In this document: positions 1 to 14,438 of the stretch, in pieces | Layout: every line of letters begins with the position of its first letter | How positions within the stretch are numbered: position 1 is the stretch's first letter | Source: Octopus vulgaris | Taxonomy: Eukaryota | Assembly: GCA_951406725.2 (NCBI GenBank) | Contig: OX597816.1 | Coordinates: 65,968,001 to 66,032,000, forward strand | Length of the DNA: 64,000 bases | Direction: 5' to 3' | Notes under the pieces: generated by a model | The model's database searches: none | Seen by the model: only the letters and a program-made list of their open reading frames with translations | Told to the model about the DNA's origin: nothing | Program-made: the position numbers and the translations under genes

Positions 1-3000
1 ATGATGTATGATCTAAACTTTCTACTTTTGTTGAGTTAGTTATTTAGCTAGACATTATAATAGTGGTTAGCATGTCTCATAGAAATATATCTAAAGGTTA
101 TCATACTAGAAATTATCAGCAATAATCACATTTACATACTTAAAATATAACATAACCCATGTCAGGAATTTATAAAAGGGTAAACCTGTAGGAATACTCA
201 AAAACTGACTAGGAAAGACAATTTATCTATGTCAGCTATTGGTAGAATTCTATCTCCAAACTCAAAATAACAATATTTGGTATTCACCAAAACTTTACTT
301 TTTCAATTAGCTTTCTTTTGCTTTCCTGAATGCTGAAAGTGAGTGATAAGCACATCAGAAACACCTCCCTCCATCATTGACATAACAAATTGTTTGTACT
401 CTCAAGTTAGGCTAAGACCTTTAAATGATCTTCAAATGTGGTTTTTAAATGTGCTTTGTTTTATCCTCAAACGACAGTGAAATGATTGTAAGAAGAACAA
501 AAATAACCTCTTGCCCACAAAATTCTTTAGACATTATCTCTTGGTAGAATAGAAATCACTTCTTACTCTATTTTCAACCACTTTTCCTATTCAGCAGCCA
601 TCAATATGGTTTTATAAGAGAGATTTTCTGTAGCATGCATGAATGGTTTTATGCTTTTGATAATTTTCACTAAAATGAAGTTGTTCCTCTTAACATTTGT
701 AAAGCCTTGAATTAAGTCTGACATTAAGGTTTTGTGGGCAAAACTGCTTGTTCACAAGTCAAGTTTTTGAAAACTTATTTCAACATCACACACCGATGAA
801 ACTTATTCCATTAAATTTAAAATGGCTCAAATATTAGTTAATTCTCTGGCACATTCCACAAATCAAAATCACCTCAACCATGCAGAGACACACAGTCCTA
901 TATTGATGACACTACCCTGTTCTCTTGTCTTATTTTCTATATACAATCTTCATTCACATGGCTTCCATGCCTTGTACCAATCTTGTAGATCATATATGCA
1001 AAAACACCTTCAAAAATATTTTGCATTGAATACCTAGTAACTTAGATTCATTTAACTCCATCAAAACTCAGGCACCACACAGCTTAAAAATCATATCACA
1101 TGATACATTTTTAGTAGTACTAATGTACTACTAAAAATGTGGCTGATATACAAGATATGACTACAATCTTTGATAATCTTGAAATATCACAAATATTATG
1201 TTTCCCTCTACAGTTCCTGAAAATAATTTGATATGAGCAACCACAAATATATTGCAAAGTCCAAATATGTCCTATACAAGCCTACTTCTAATTCATCTGG
1301 GATGGTTTAACAGTCACACACCTTGGATTCCTTCCAACATAAGTTATCTGCCTAATAGGCCCCCATTCAGTAACACTTCCCAATACTCACTCAACATTAA
1401 ATTATCTTGTTTTGTTTTTCTATTGATACAAAAGTTAATTCTGCTCTTCTGATTATGCTAATACTCTATCATCTCCATCCATATTCGCTTGTTGTTTTCA
1501 ATTCTCAACCACCTCTATACCTCTATCCCAGGTTCTATATCAACACTTTGTGTATTCAGAATTGCATTTTTCTGAAACTCTTCTATCCATTCATGTTTCA
1601 TTCTATACAAAAGTTTTCACAATTTAAATTCAATATTGACCACACAAACCTTACCTAATCAAGAAAAGTTTTTAAAAAGTTATAGCTACTGCCCTTCTTC
1701 CCAGACTAAGAAATGTATAAAAAAAAAAAAAAGAAGAAAGTATTTATCAATTTAACTAACTCTAAGATATAAAATAATGCTGACAAGACTTGTAAAACCT
1801 CTTTTGACAGTTTAATCCAGCCTAACAAAGTCATTTTCTTTGTTAATGAATTATTTCTTTATAAATCTTTTTTTTTTTTCTGTAAATGAGAAGTTTAACA
1901 AGTGCAACTTACAAATGTATTTTATCATTTTTCCAGAAGTTGTAACTACAGGAAAATTACATGGAATTTTAAACATATTTAAGTATTTATATATTAATAC
2001 TTTGATAATTTATTTCTTGTTCAACATTTAAATTCAAATTCATTCTCTATTATCTACAGCATTAGAACCCAGAGATCTATAAGAATATGATATACTGAAA
2101 CTTCAAGTTACAGAATATATTTTTGACCTCCAAATGTATAGTACATTGTTTCCATTTCATTTTTTTTAATATAAAAAAAAATAAGTCATTAAACCATATG
2201 CAATTTTTTTTTAATGTAACTTTGGTATATTTTGAAGAAGGACCACAAAACCCTACACTTTCTACCAACCAAATGTTCCATCTCGCCATATACATCCAAT
2301 CTCATCAACATAAAAAGTACATATTAATGCATATTCTTCTGTTAGCCCAAACTCTAAACAATGTCTTCTCATCCACACACATAAAGAGCAAGGTGTGTTA
2401 CCTTTGAAGAGGTATGAATGTTTTTTAAAAGCCAGATAAAAAAGAAAAATATCTTGAAATGGTTAGGGGTGGTCACCAAATAAGGGGCTATCTGTTGTTG
2501 AAATAGTTAAATATTTATACTTCATTAAATAATTGATAACTGTTAATACAAAATAATCACATTTTCACATTGTCAGAGATTTGTAATTATTAAATAGTAA
2601 CTGCTTGTAACTGATCAGCTAGGTATAACAGCATACTTAATCTTCTCAAACTTGGTATATAATTGGCATTTATTCTGTTGACCTTGTCAGGTGAAAGGCT
2701 TTTATATTTTTGTGTCAGTGATCAAATATGATTTTTAATTAAGAATCTGAAGATATCTTGTAAATGAAACATTATTTAATGGGTTGTTTTACTTTTTAAT
2801 GACTTTTATAATTTTGGAAATATCTTTGAAGCTCCCAGTATAATTCAAATGGTGATTGCCAACTCTGAAACCATTCCTCTTTATAGTTACAATTATCTAT
2901 TTTCATAACAACAATCTATTTTCTACCTTCTTCTATTTACTATTTCTTTGAATTTATATCCTGTCACACCTACCTTGATTAGTTGCTTAATTCTCATTAT

Positions 3001-3449
3001 GTTAAATATGTAATTTTAAATTCATGTACTAAACAAGTAAATGGTTGATAAGATTCACTCTATAAGTATTGAGGTATATTTTGGAAAAAAGTTTTGACAA
3101 TTTATAAACTTATTAGCTATTTAAAACAGAATAGTTGTACATTAACAAAATTTAGTACATGTCTACCATATTTGCTGGAACTGTCCACAGAGATTGTTTA
3201 CATAGCCTTCATGCAGATGTTTAAGCAGTATTACCAAGACCCATCTGCCTTTACACCTTACTATTCTCCTCTATATTCAAAGGAGATCATTTGTGTACCC
3301 AGAGCTCTATTATATTTAGAGGGAGAGTGTGTGAAAGAAAGAAATAGTCAATAAAAAATAAGAGAGTTATCTCACCACTCTACTTCAGAACTAATCTTAA
3401 ATGGGAAATGTTTCTTTAAAGTGTCATAACTAAGACTCCATATTTAGTT

Positions 3450-3850
3450 TACTATTATGTATAATGAGCAAAACGCCCCACCGTCCAAATTTTCTCAAAA
3501 CAACTTGTCCAACTGTCCCATAGGCCTCCTCTTTGAGAAACACTGATTTAACCTAAATTTGAGACACCAAATATGTTGGCTTTTTTTACGCAAATTGCAC
3601 GTGCATTTTTCTTGCGTATGCATAGTATCAATTACAACAACTCATGTACTTGTGCATACAAATGCATGTTCCCACGGCTTTATCGATCACATTCTCACCT
3701 GGAGTCGATCTTTGTAATTTTTTCAAGACTTATACACGCCCGGATACCATTGGTATCTACATATCAAATTTGAGTGCAATCAGATGGAGGATACTCGAGA
3801 TCCTAGAAGACACACACACAGACAGACAGAATGGATTTTATATTATAAAT
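3450..3850 (+). mobile_element. Non-autonomous Helitron/Helentron-like (Lep1/HINE-type) element
   Basis: Begins ctattatgtataatgag and ends with (ACAC)(AGAC)n followed by ...ttttatattata, the architecture typical of Lep1-like elements. Pattern recognition only. Confidence 0.4.
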
Positions 3851-3869
3851 GTCCACTTACATATAAATC

Positions 3870-5300
3870 ATTACTGTCATCTGCACCACCTTCAGTGGTA
3901 CTAGCTGTTTCTTGGTCATTACTATCATCATAGAGAAGTTCATCTGTCCACATTCTGATTCCACATTTCTTTACTGCTTTGACTGCTATTACTAGCTCAC
4001 AACTGCCCAAAATTACTTGAGTTACTGACATCTTGCTGCAGTAGTGATGATGATGGTAGTCTCTTGAAGTCTGAGAAAGATGGTTCTGCAATTTCTTGGT
4101 GAACAACCTGCACAGAGGATTTGTTCATTGTCATCAAATGTTTGTGTTGTATATTAGCTCACTCCCTCCATCAAATCAGATGTTGAAGTGATCACAGAGC
4201 AACATGAAATAAAGTTTTTTGCTCAACACACCACCCAGTCCAGGAACTTAAGCCATGATCTTGCAACTGTGAGTGCAACACCCTAATCACTAGGCCATGC
4301 ACTCTCATTGTGCAATAGCTATTAATTCATTTCTATTGATGTTACTAAATTCCCAGCAATCATCCATTTGTTCGATACTTCTCACTTTAAAAGCATTTAA
4401 CTAGCTTAACTGAAATGTTAAATTTTTACAATTGTGATCCCCTTTGGGTATAGCTATTTGTTCCATCTTTTAAAATTGCTCCTATTTTTCTTTGTTGCTT
4501 CTGTTTTGTGGAATTGAAATTGATTCCCATGCTAATATTGCTGGTTTCTTCAATAAATCACCTGGACACTGACAGTTTCATATTATCGTCATCCATCCAT
4601 ACCTTGTTTTGGACATGGCAAACACTTAATCAGATAATTTCCTCAGACACTGTTTAAATATTAATAAAGCAAGCACATTCTTCTGTTTAAAGCAAGCACA
4701 TTCTTCTGTCTATACAAAAGTGAAGGTTTTTTATGTATTCAATTGTTTTTTTTTTTTTATGGTCACTGACTTTGCACTATCATTTTTAACAGTTTTATTT
4801 GATGGCACCTGCAATGTGAATAACACTTCATCCATTACTGCCTGTTTGCCATAGTTCATAATTTGTTTTTTTCTATTACATTCACAGAATTCCAAAAGTT
4901 TCTCTTCATACTCTTCAGTCATCTGTGCAATTATGGTCTTTGCTCTCATGCTTAGTTCAGGTTTACTTCATAAAATGATTACACCAAGATCCAGCAAATT
5001 CATCTGCTGATGTATTTAATTTTTTGTCAGTATTTCTTACCTTTACATATTATCTTCTCTGAGCCTGTATACTCCATACTTCATTAATCATATGTCCATA
5101 ATTTTATGATGTCTTCCAGATATGGAAATTTTTCTTATGATGAAGTCCATTCTTTTTCATTCCCATATTCTTTAATATCTCTTGTTTTTCCCACTTACAA
5201 ATCCTTTTTTCGGTTGGTGGTGGCCATACAATCACACAGCTGCCTGGTTGCCATATTGTTTGGCTTTTTTGAAATTTGTAGCTTATAGCTTATTATGTAT
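3870..5300 (-). mobile_element. Decayed pogo/Tigger-family DNA transposase (interrupted by a SINE)
   Basis: Minus-strand fragments GSWCNHFM..LSMRAKTIIAQ (CENP-B HTH), MDEVLFTLQVPSNKTV...AKSVTIK (DDE_1 first Asp), KVWMD and C-terminal AVKKCGI...DDS, with stops and frameshifts. Confidence 0.75.
4040..4310 (-). mobile_element. tRNA-derived SINE inserted in the pogo relic
   Basis: Reverse strand starts gagtgcatggcctagtgattagggtg (A box) and contains the core ttgagcaaaaaactttatttcatgttgctc shared with the SINE at 25656. Confidence 0.6.
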
Positions 5301-8300
5301 GTATCTTCTCTGCTTAGTTGCCATTGTATATATCATAGAGATATATTGTCAACTGACAGCCACCAAATGGCATCTATTTCAGTGGTAGTTGTGCCTATGA
5401 ATGGTATATGAGGCACCATCATTATGGATTGCCTATAAACCAAACAAAGCAAAATGGTGGTTTTTTTACCAGTGTCAGTAAATCCTTGTGAACTTTTTGA
5501 GTTACCATTAACGTATAATAAAACTAATAAATATGGCAATCATAATATTGGGATATATTTATTACATGTAAATTGTGACAATGAGCCTAAATTTCAAGCA
5601 TGAGTTGAAGGGCTGGACCCACCAGTTAACATCCACTCTACAACCTTGACTTTTTAGCGATAAGATGCATGGTGATTTGGAGGAATTTTTCCAGGAAAAT
5701 ATGTATTTTTAGGAGCCAGAAAATCTGGTAGTTAAAAAGCATTCAGAATAAACGGTATTATAATTTAGTTTCTGTGTTCAGTTTAATGTTAAATGTGTAT
5801 CTCAAAATATTTTTTCTAAATTTTTCATGCAGATATTGACTATTGGTGGTAACAATAGTCACGACAATTATGATAATTGCTGCTCATTTGGAAAAGAATA
5901 CTTTAATGTAAAAGCACAAGCAAGCATGTAATTCAGAATATCACTTACATCAATATCTTTTAAAGAGTTCTAGTGATAGTTTAAAATGTTAAGCTTGTAT
6001 AATAGCAAATTAGTGTTACCATTTCCAACTTTGTCAGGATTGGTTTCTTTCATCTTTCTAGTTTTTCTAAATTAGGTATAATATTCCAGATTAATTAATT
6101 AAAATAATCTCTATTGTTAATTTTTGGACATAACATACTACATATCAATTGCATATGTTAATACTTATTTTATTTATTTATTTTTTTACTTGAGATGAAA
6201 TTATCAACCAACATATAAGTAATATAGTTACAGTAGTTACAAACATAGTAAATATGTTCTTTGTCCACATATTTTCACATTAAGGATTTTTTGTGTTACA
6301 CTACCTTCCACACATAATTAGATGCCAACAATTATAATGTATATGTGAAAAAAAACATTCTAGAACATTTCTTTAATGATACTAAAAATGGTTGAAATGG
6401 TATGTTACCATAACTGGGAGGTCTTTGAACTTCTAATTTAGTGATCATTACCTGGATTGACTATATTAGTTATTTCTCTCAGATTGATAAAATAAAAAGT
6501 ATCTCTTGATTTAATCAGGTGTGTTTCTAGCCTGCAAAAAATGGTTCTTTGTCTTGTCAAAAGTAGATTATTATTTGTAATAAATCCTTATTGGTTGTGT
6601 GAAACAATTAAGGTCTTTCACTTGAATACTTTCATATTTTGTGTGAAATAAATATACATATCTGCATTTCATTTACACGGGCTATCTGCTGTATCAAGAG
6701 ATTAAATATAAGAACTAACATTTGAAGTAAGAAGTGGTGATGTGGATTAGTTCAGCCTAAATAAAAATGTAGATATGTTGGTGTACTATGAGGAGGAAAA
6801 TATTTAACAATAAAGAGGCTCTTTCATTTGAGAAATTAATTTCTTTCAAATTGTAAGTTTATTTAGTCAACATTACTTCCATGCATTTATAATGTTAAAA
6901 CATTTCCATATTATGATTTTGTTTGTTCCACAATGACAAAAGTTTGTTTCAAAGTTTTTATTAATTCTGATATTTTCTCTGGGCTCAAAAATATAATTAT
7001 GAATTTTGGAATTATTTCTGGTTCTAACTTGAAGAACAGACATGTCTTTCCTTTAGAAAGATTTCATTCGTTAACCTAAATCTCCTGTCATTCATTGTAC
7101 CATTTTGTGATTTTTTTCAGTTTTCCTTAACCACTATGGCTAAAACCATACTAGAGCACCTCCTTAATTTTTTTAATCATTAGATAAGAACTTATTGCAT
7201 CTGCTGAAGAATTTTAATGTAATATGGCACTGGAAAATATTATCCAATCTCAATTTTCTTTGCAATAATTCAATTCTAGCCATCCAGTCAAGCTTAATAA
7301 AGAAATACTTTTAATGCATTAATGTTATATAATCGTAAATAATGATAGAGTCAATTGAAATCAGGACTAAATGTCTTGTAGTACTTAGCTACATTCCTTT
7401 ATGTTCTAAATTCAAATTTCACTGGAGTTGATTTACTAATCAGGTATTGGTATCAGTAGTTTCTTCCTCCAAATTTGTGGATCTCCGCCTAAGTTAGAGA
7501 TGAAAATATTTGTGATTTAAGGACAATTGGTGGCAGAACCAGTAGAGTGTTAGATAAAATGTCTTTATGTTCTGAGTTCAAATCCTACCTCATCTACATT
7601 ACCTTTCAATCTTACATGGTCAATAAAATAAGTACCAACCAAGTATTGGAATCAGTTTAACTGGCTGTGCTTCCCCCATAATTTGTGACCTTGTGCCAAT
7701 GTTGGAAATTAATAGTTTAGAGTCATATTCTACAACAAAACTGTTAATCTCATTTATGCTTCTATTTACATCTATTTTGATTGATGTATTCTCAATAGTC
7801 ATCCGGTCTCATATTCACTCACTTGAGTCATACAAACACACTCATGGATTTGAGTCAAATCTACAAACCTTTATTTTGTAACATAGGTTTTCAGTGCTCT
7901 TATCTCAGAAATGTACACATGAAATTTATATTTTCATGGTGTAGTTGATAGCAATTGAAGGAATTTTTATAATTTCCTTTCAAAAAATTACTTACTACTA
8001 CATAATAATTTTTATGCTTAATTACGTCTTAAAATATGTGCTGTGCCTAACACATTGCCTTTCCTGACTATCATGTCATAATTTTACATGAATTTGGAAT
8101 TCATGAATACACAAAACCACACACAAATATAAGTGTATATTAGATATATGGTTAGTGGCATATATATATATATGTATATATATAAATATATTGGCATAGT
8201 TCATGACTAGTTTTTATTTTGCTTTTTTTTTTTGTAAACTCTTTCCTGCTGAGAAAATATCTCTCTGGAATGAGATAATGGTACTAACTTTATGTAATAC

Positions 8301-8482
8301 TGATAGTACCTTCAAGGCAATATTGGTTATTTTTTTATATTTATAAACAATTTCATTATGTAGTCAATTTTTTATATTAGAAAATAATCTGTATATATAT
8401 ATATGGATGTGTGCATATTATGTGTTTGTGAGTGTGTTTTTGTGTGTGTGTATGCATATGCATTTTTAACAAACTTGTATAT

Positions 8483-8530
<48 letters not shown>

Positions 8531-9684
8531 TATATATATATAATTATATATAAACACATAGATACATATCTGCACACACATATAACAATTACCTCATGGA
8601 AAAGTCATTTAGCAACACAAAAACTGTTATATTCACTTTTCATTTACTTCTTAGATGTAGAGTGTAGTAGGTCAAAACATTTTATCACAGTTCTGCAGTC
8701 TGGTCACTGTCACTATTCCACTGCATCTGTTGAAAATCAGTTATAAGTGTATTTTTATAAGCCTTGGAGATTTTGTTTCTTCTATCTACACTTGTTTTCC
8801 CTCTTTCTGTTCTAAGTCACATTCAACTTTAAAAATGTCAGTTTAATAAATATTGAGACAGATTTTTTATTGGTCATGGGTGGACAACCTGTAGGTCAAA
8901 TAGCAGCGATACAGCTGATTTACAGGGTCAAAATTCGACAAAAATAATTAAAATAACCAAAATATAAAACTGTAGTCAAATGCCTTGTTTTAAAAAGTCG
9001 AAGGTAACTCAGAACATAACTAAGAGAAAACTAAATGGAAGAGAATCGCAAGAAAAAAATATACTCCCTCCACTTCCTCTACACACCTTAAGAGGCTTAT
9101 AAAATTCACATATAACTGATTTTCAGTTGATGCCAGGCTGCAGAAATGCAACAAAGCTTTTTGACATAATAAATTGCACTATTAAGAAAGAAAATGTGAA
9201 TATAAAAGTCTTTGTGAATTCTTAAATTGTTAACATGACTCTTCTATGGTGTAACTGTCTTAGTTTCAATATACCATTTGCTAAGCAAGTACAACTTGAA
9301 GGTATATATACATATATCAAAAAATTGTGTATGTGAGCATGTGTGCGTGTATTAAGCACATAGGTACTACTGTTTATGTAAGCCAGGTTATCACTTAAAA
9401 TTTTACTATTCTTTGATATGAATAAAACTGTAATATTGAATTTTTTTTTAATACTGAATAATCAAGGGCAAGTATTTATTTTTTCCTGTAAAACAATAGT
9501 GATTTATAGTCAATTGCTGTCATTTCAGAGGGGTTACATCACATGTGTTCATGTTTACATTATTTTATTTATAACATTACTATAAAATTTGTTTTACAAC
9601 TTTTTTTATCTGCATTTGCTTACAAAATTGTTCTTCACATTTATTGACACAGTGTTATCACTGATATTGTTTTATAATTTCTAG

Positions 9685-9747
9685 TTTGTCTGGAAAGGCC
9701 GAGGCAAAAGCGCAGGTCAAAAGAATGGGAAGGAAGCTTCAAAGCAA
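9685..9747 (+). other. Candidate 63-nt cassette exon in the large RIM intron
   Basis: ttttataatttctag| purine-rich 63 nt |gtgggt. All three frames are open and the length is divisible by 3. It lies in non-repetitive sequence with a downstream CU-rich tract. No homology recognised. Confidence 0.35.
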
Positions 9748-12700
9748 GTGGGTCTGCAAAATTAGTTACTGTAGAATGTGATCGAACAAACTGACACTGA
9801 CTTTTAACAATTAAATGCTGTCTGTGTCTCTTTCTGACTGTCTATCTGTCCTTTGTCTCTCAACTCGTCTATCAGTTCTTGTGATTATACATAACTTATA
9901 TCTGTCTGTTTGTTGGTTCATGTCTATCCTTAAACAGTATTTGTCCATATTTTTGTTGTTTTCTTTTTTCTTTTTTTTCTTTTTTTTTTCCTTTCTTCCA
10001 TTTTCCACTCCATGTCTCACTGCTGCCGCCTTATTCCCTTTAGTTTCCTTTTTCAATTTGAAATAGTCACATTCATTCTTTTTCTTTTCAACTCCCACTT
10101 GTTTAAGATATTGAGCTGTCAGTGTTAGATTATTGTTATTTTTTGTTTTTGTTTTTTTTTGCACATCTTATGTAATTTTCAAATTAAATTTACTTTTTAA
10201 AATTCACCTAATGTTATGAGTAGCTTTGGTGCAATGTAATTTGACTTGAATAATTATTTTTTTTAAACCCATTTCCACATATTTGTATTTATCAGTGTGT
10301 AGAAAACTATTTCACCCAAATAGAATGTCTGCCACTTATTTGTCTGCAAAATTCAGAAGGGAATTTATGTAAATTATTTTTTAAATTTCATTTATGTCGA
10401 GTTTTTTGCTACATTTTACTGTTTCATTTAGATTTTCTCTAATTCTACAATGAATACAAATTATCAAAGGATAGGTAAATTTTGTGAATGTTGTCCTTCA
10501 ACTTACTTCTATTACTGTGTCTATGACTGTTCAGCTTGATAATTCTTTTTTTTTTTTTTAAATTTAGTTCTTTACTGCTGTTTCATTGTTGGCATTTTGC
10601 TATCGTTCTTTGTAATCCGTATGTTTTGGGGCATATGCGCACATATCAATGCATTTACATTATGTATATAAACATAATATAAATATATTTATGTGTGCAG
10701 TTTTGCATATAGGTGTATGTCTGTTTATATGTATGTGTGTTTGCATAAGTGTGTATGGAAATGTATTAGAGAAAAAATGTTCCAGTTGCCAAAAAAAATA
10801 AACTGGTAACATTTTTTCTCTATATATTCATTACATTTTAAGCTCTGATATTCAGTATCTGTTGTCATATAGTTTTCTAGGGCGTATGTTGATCAATTGC
10901 ATTCATTTCTGTTCTCATGTGCTTCATTTTAAGTATTCTTGAAACCAATATTTTATTTTGAGTAACAGTCCTTCTATATTATAGATTGTCTTTTAAAATT
11001 AAGGATACAGTTAGTTAGATAACAAAATACAAAGTGATTAAAACTATTTCACACAAACACACACATGCCCAAATGTACATTATAACAGGATAGACTGATT
11101 AAATTTATAAACTTGTCTTAAATGCCAACATAAGAAATGAAAAAAAAAATGTTATAACTCAATCATGCTATTATTAGGAAATTTACCCCTTTGTTTTATA
11201 AGCTAAAATTTCTTGCAAGTTACTAATTAAACTTTACTAGTTAGATTTTTATGCAATATTAATGAATGTTCAAAATGTAAATAATGAATTATCAAAATTA
11301 AAAGTATTTATTTTTAGTATCCACTTCCATAGACTGCATCTTCCCTTTCTACGTTAGTTGCCAAAATTAAAAGACAAATATAGTATTAAAATTTTGTTAG
11401 TTTGCAATATTATTTTAATACTCAAATTGGTTACATGTACAGATATCTTAAATGACATTATTTCAAATTAAAATTAACATAATGAATTGACCATTTTTAT
11501 GTATCTTTTTGTAATGAAATTCAAGTTGTGTTTCAAGTAGTTAAATGTTATTTCCCTGGTTTTGATTTTACAATTTACATTTATCACAGTAGAATTTTTT
11601 TTTTGTTAGAATAAAATTTAATATTGAGTTTTATCTTAAATCTACTTGACTGTATGTGTGTGTAGGTATACAAACATATATATATATATGTGTGTGTGTG
11701 TTTATATATATATATATATATATATATGCATCTGTATATATATATATGTATATATATGTGTATATATATATGTGTATATATATGTATATACACCCAGGCG
11801 TGCATACATTATATACACATATATGTGTATATAGATGTGTACACACACATATATATATGCACACACAACTACCATATCACCATATTTGTAACATTGGATA
11901 ATATTTATATTTATCTCTTTTGCAGTATGTTTCATATGTTATTTCCTGCCACAATGTCAGTTTAATTGTTAGAATAGCCCCTGTAGTGATAGATCACTAA
12001 AACTATATTACAAAACTTCATAGCTGATATAAAAAGCAACAAAGTGTTATGTGGTGTTATTTTGTGATTACATCTCAGAGTAGGTTGTCTATCAAGTAAG
12101 CATTTGAATTATACAAAAATACATTAAGCTGTTACTGAAGAATAATCTGAACCATTTCATTGCTCAGAAGTATAGAAGCACTAAAATAAGGCTGCAGTAT
12201 AAAATTGAATCTAGTTGGAAATGTGGTTTTAGATTCAATATACAAGTAGTTTCATTGGGAAATAATTCAAGCTACTAGTTATATCTTGAAGGAAAATGTA
12301 TAAAGATAATTATCTTTCACATGTTACAAAATTCATACTCCACGCATATTAAAGAAATTTTGCCAATAGACCACAAACATTTACTTATGATTTGTCCTTG
12401 ATTTATTATAAGATTTCAAATCCCTTCTGATCATGTTGTTAGCATTTTTCAGCACAGCAGCTCTAACCAGCTGGTATTTGAAAAGTCATGACATTTTTTA
12501 TAGAAATTCTTCAATATGTGCTGGAAAAGAAATATAAAATATAAATTGTTTTAGTTAATGGTATTGTTCATCATTTCATGTTCAAATATGTTGGATGTTT
12601 ACACACACACACACACACACTCTCTCTCTCTCTCTCTTTCTCTCATTGTCACTATCTCTCTCACACACATACACACTCACATTCATATATGTATATATTC

Positions 12701-12879
12701 ACTAAATATTTGCTACATTTCAATCACTTTTCATGCTATGTACATCATTCTGTCGAGCCATATAAAGAGATTTTTGCTTAAAATGAATCTTCCTCATGCA
12801 GAAATACTGGTATACATATCAACAAAGTTATATATTCACTCTACACAGCATATGGAGTACTATAATTTCTATTTGTGAA

Positions 12880-12906
12880 CTATTATTATTATTATCATCA
12901 TCATCA

Positions 12907-12977
<71 letters not shown>
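12880..12977. repeat. (ATT)n/(ATC)n microsatellite
   Basis: Directly visible. It is the source of the poly-Y/poly-L pseudo-ORFs. Confidence 0.95.
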
Positions 12978-12978
<1 letters not shown>

Positions 12979-13122
12979 TGAGAATACTACTAATAATAAG
13001 AATAGCAATATTTACATATTTGTGCACAAATACACACTCATACACACATATATATGCTTTATCTGTACCCTATATAAATATACTATATATACTAAGCCTA
13101 TATTATATTTGCTTATAAACTG

Positions 13123-13165
<43 letters not shown>

Positions 13166-13966
13166 TGATAGATAGATAGATAGATACATTCTCCATCCCT
13201 TGGGTTAGTTGCCTTTGCTATGGGTTAGAGTCTAATCTACCCTAGTAGGCTAAATGCACACCTGAGTACCAAACCAGAAATTTCCAAGTCCCTGTGCACA
13301 TATACATCATGTAATTGATGGCCATTGCCCCCCCCCACCAAGTTCATCCACCCTTTGATGCTCTTTGTTTTTCATTCCACAGGGTGTCCAAGAACCACCA
13401 CTCAAGCTTGGTGGTGTTCTTGGTTTAGTTACCAAATGCCTGACCATGCAACAGGTTGTACTGAGTTACATGTTACCAGTTGCACTCAAGAGTGACTTGA
13501 TGCAATCATCTTCATCATCATCATCACCACCATCATTTACATCCATGTTACATAATGACATGGGCTGGATGGTTTTACAGGATCCTGTGGGCCCAAGAGC
13601 TGCATTGTGCTCCAGTGTCCGCTTTGGTATGTCGCTGTGGCAGGATGCTCTTCCTCGTGCCAGCCACTTTACAGTGTGTAATGAGCGCTTTTTTTTTTAT
13701 GTCAACAACACTAGTGAGGCTGACATGCAGCTTGCAACACTATGAATCCAGGGTGGGAAGAGGAAACTTTATGCTAATAAAATGTGGGAGTAAGGGTAGT
13801 TGGAAAGTGATGGTGTGTGTTCATATATATATATATGTATATATATGTACCAAGAAAGTTAGAGAGGTTGTGAATCCAACCAACTAAGGGATAATATCTA
13901 TCCAATATACTGCTGGTAGAATACCCAGTTATTAATACACAAGTGTTTTTTATTACATTGCAAGTA

Positions 13967-14002
13967 CATTTACGTTTCGAGCCTACACTCTTCTATAGAA
14001 AG
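13967..14002 (-). ncRNA. Degenerate minimal hammerhead ribozyme motif in a repeat
   Basis: Reverse strand cttt-CTATAGA-A-GAGT gtag GCTC-GAAA-CG-TA-aatg. Stem II and the GAAACGT palindromic stem III are present, but the core differs from CUGANGA. Confidence 0.4.
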
Positions 14003-14364
14003 GGACACAGAAAAAAACAAGGAGAGAAAAAAATGTGTGTAGTGGCTAACAATCTATCATGGCGACTGACTCGGACAGAAGGGTCACACACGAGAGGGAA
14101 AGTAGAGGAGATAATAAAGTAAAGATGACCCCCAACATGAAGGTGCGTGTATGTATAAGAAAGTATGTATGTGCGTGTGAAAGAGGGCTGGTGGTCTGGA
14201 CGTGTGCATGTATATATGTGTAGGTGTGAAAATGTGGGGATGGGTGTGTGGGTGGTGTGATGTGATGTGTAATGTATGGTGTAGTGTGGTGTGGTGTGAT
14301 GTTGTTGGGAGGTGGGGGATATATATATATATTGGTAGGGTCATTTTCATAGTATTTTTTTCAA

Positions 14365-14438
14365 TGGCCCGATAACTGAAGAGATGGCCGGCATGGGTTT
14401 CCACCCCGACATCCGAGACTCAGAGTTTTATCATGGCT
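14365..14438 (+). ncRNA. Hammerhead ribozyme motif (GAAA mutated to GAGA), same family as the 33.3-kb element
   Basis: gataa-CTGAAGA-GATG...CATC-c-GAGA-ctcagag-TT-ttatc. Alignable by eye with 33313-33386. Confidence 0.6.
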
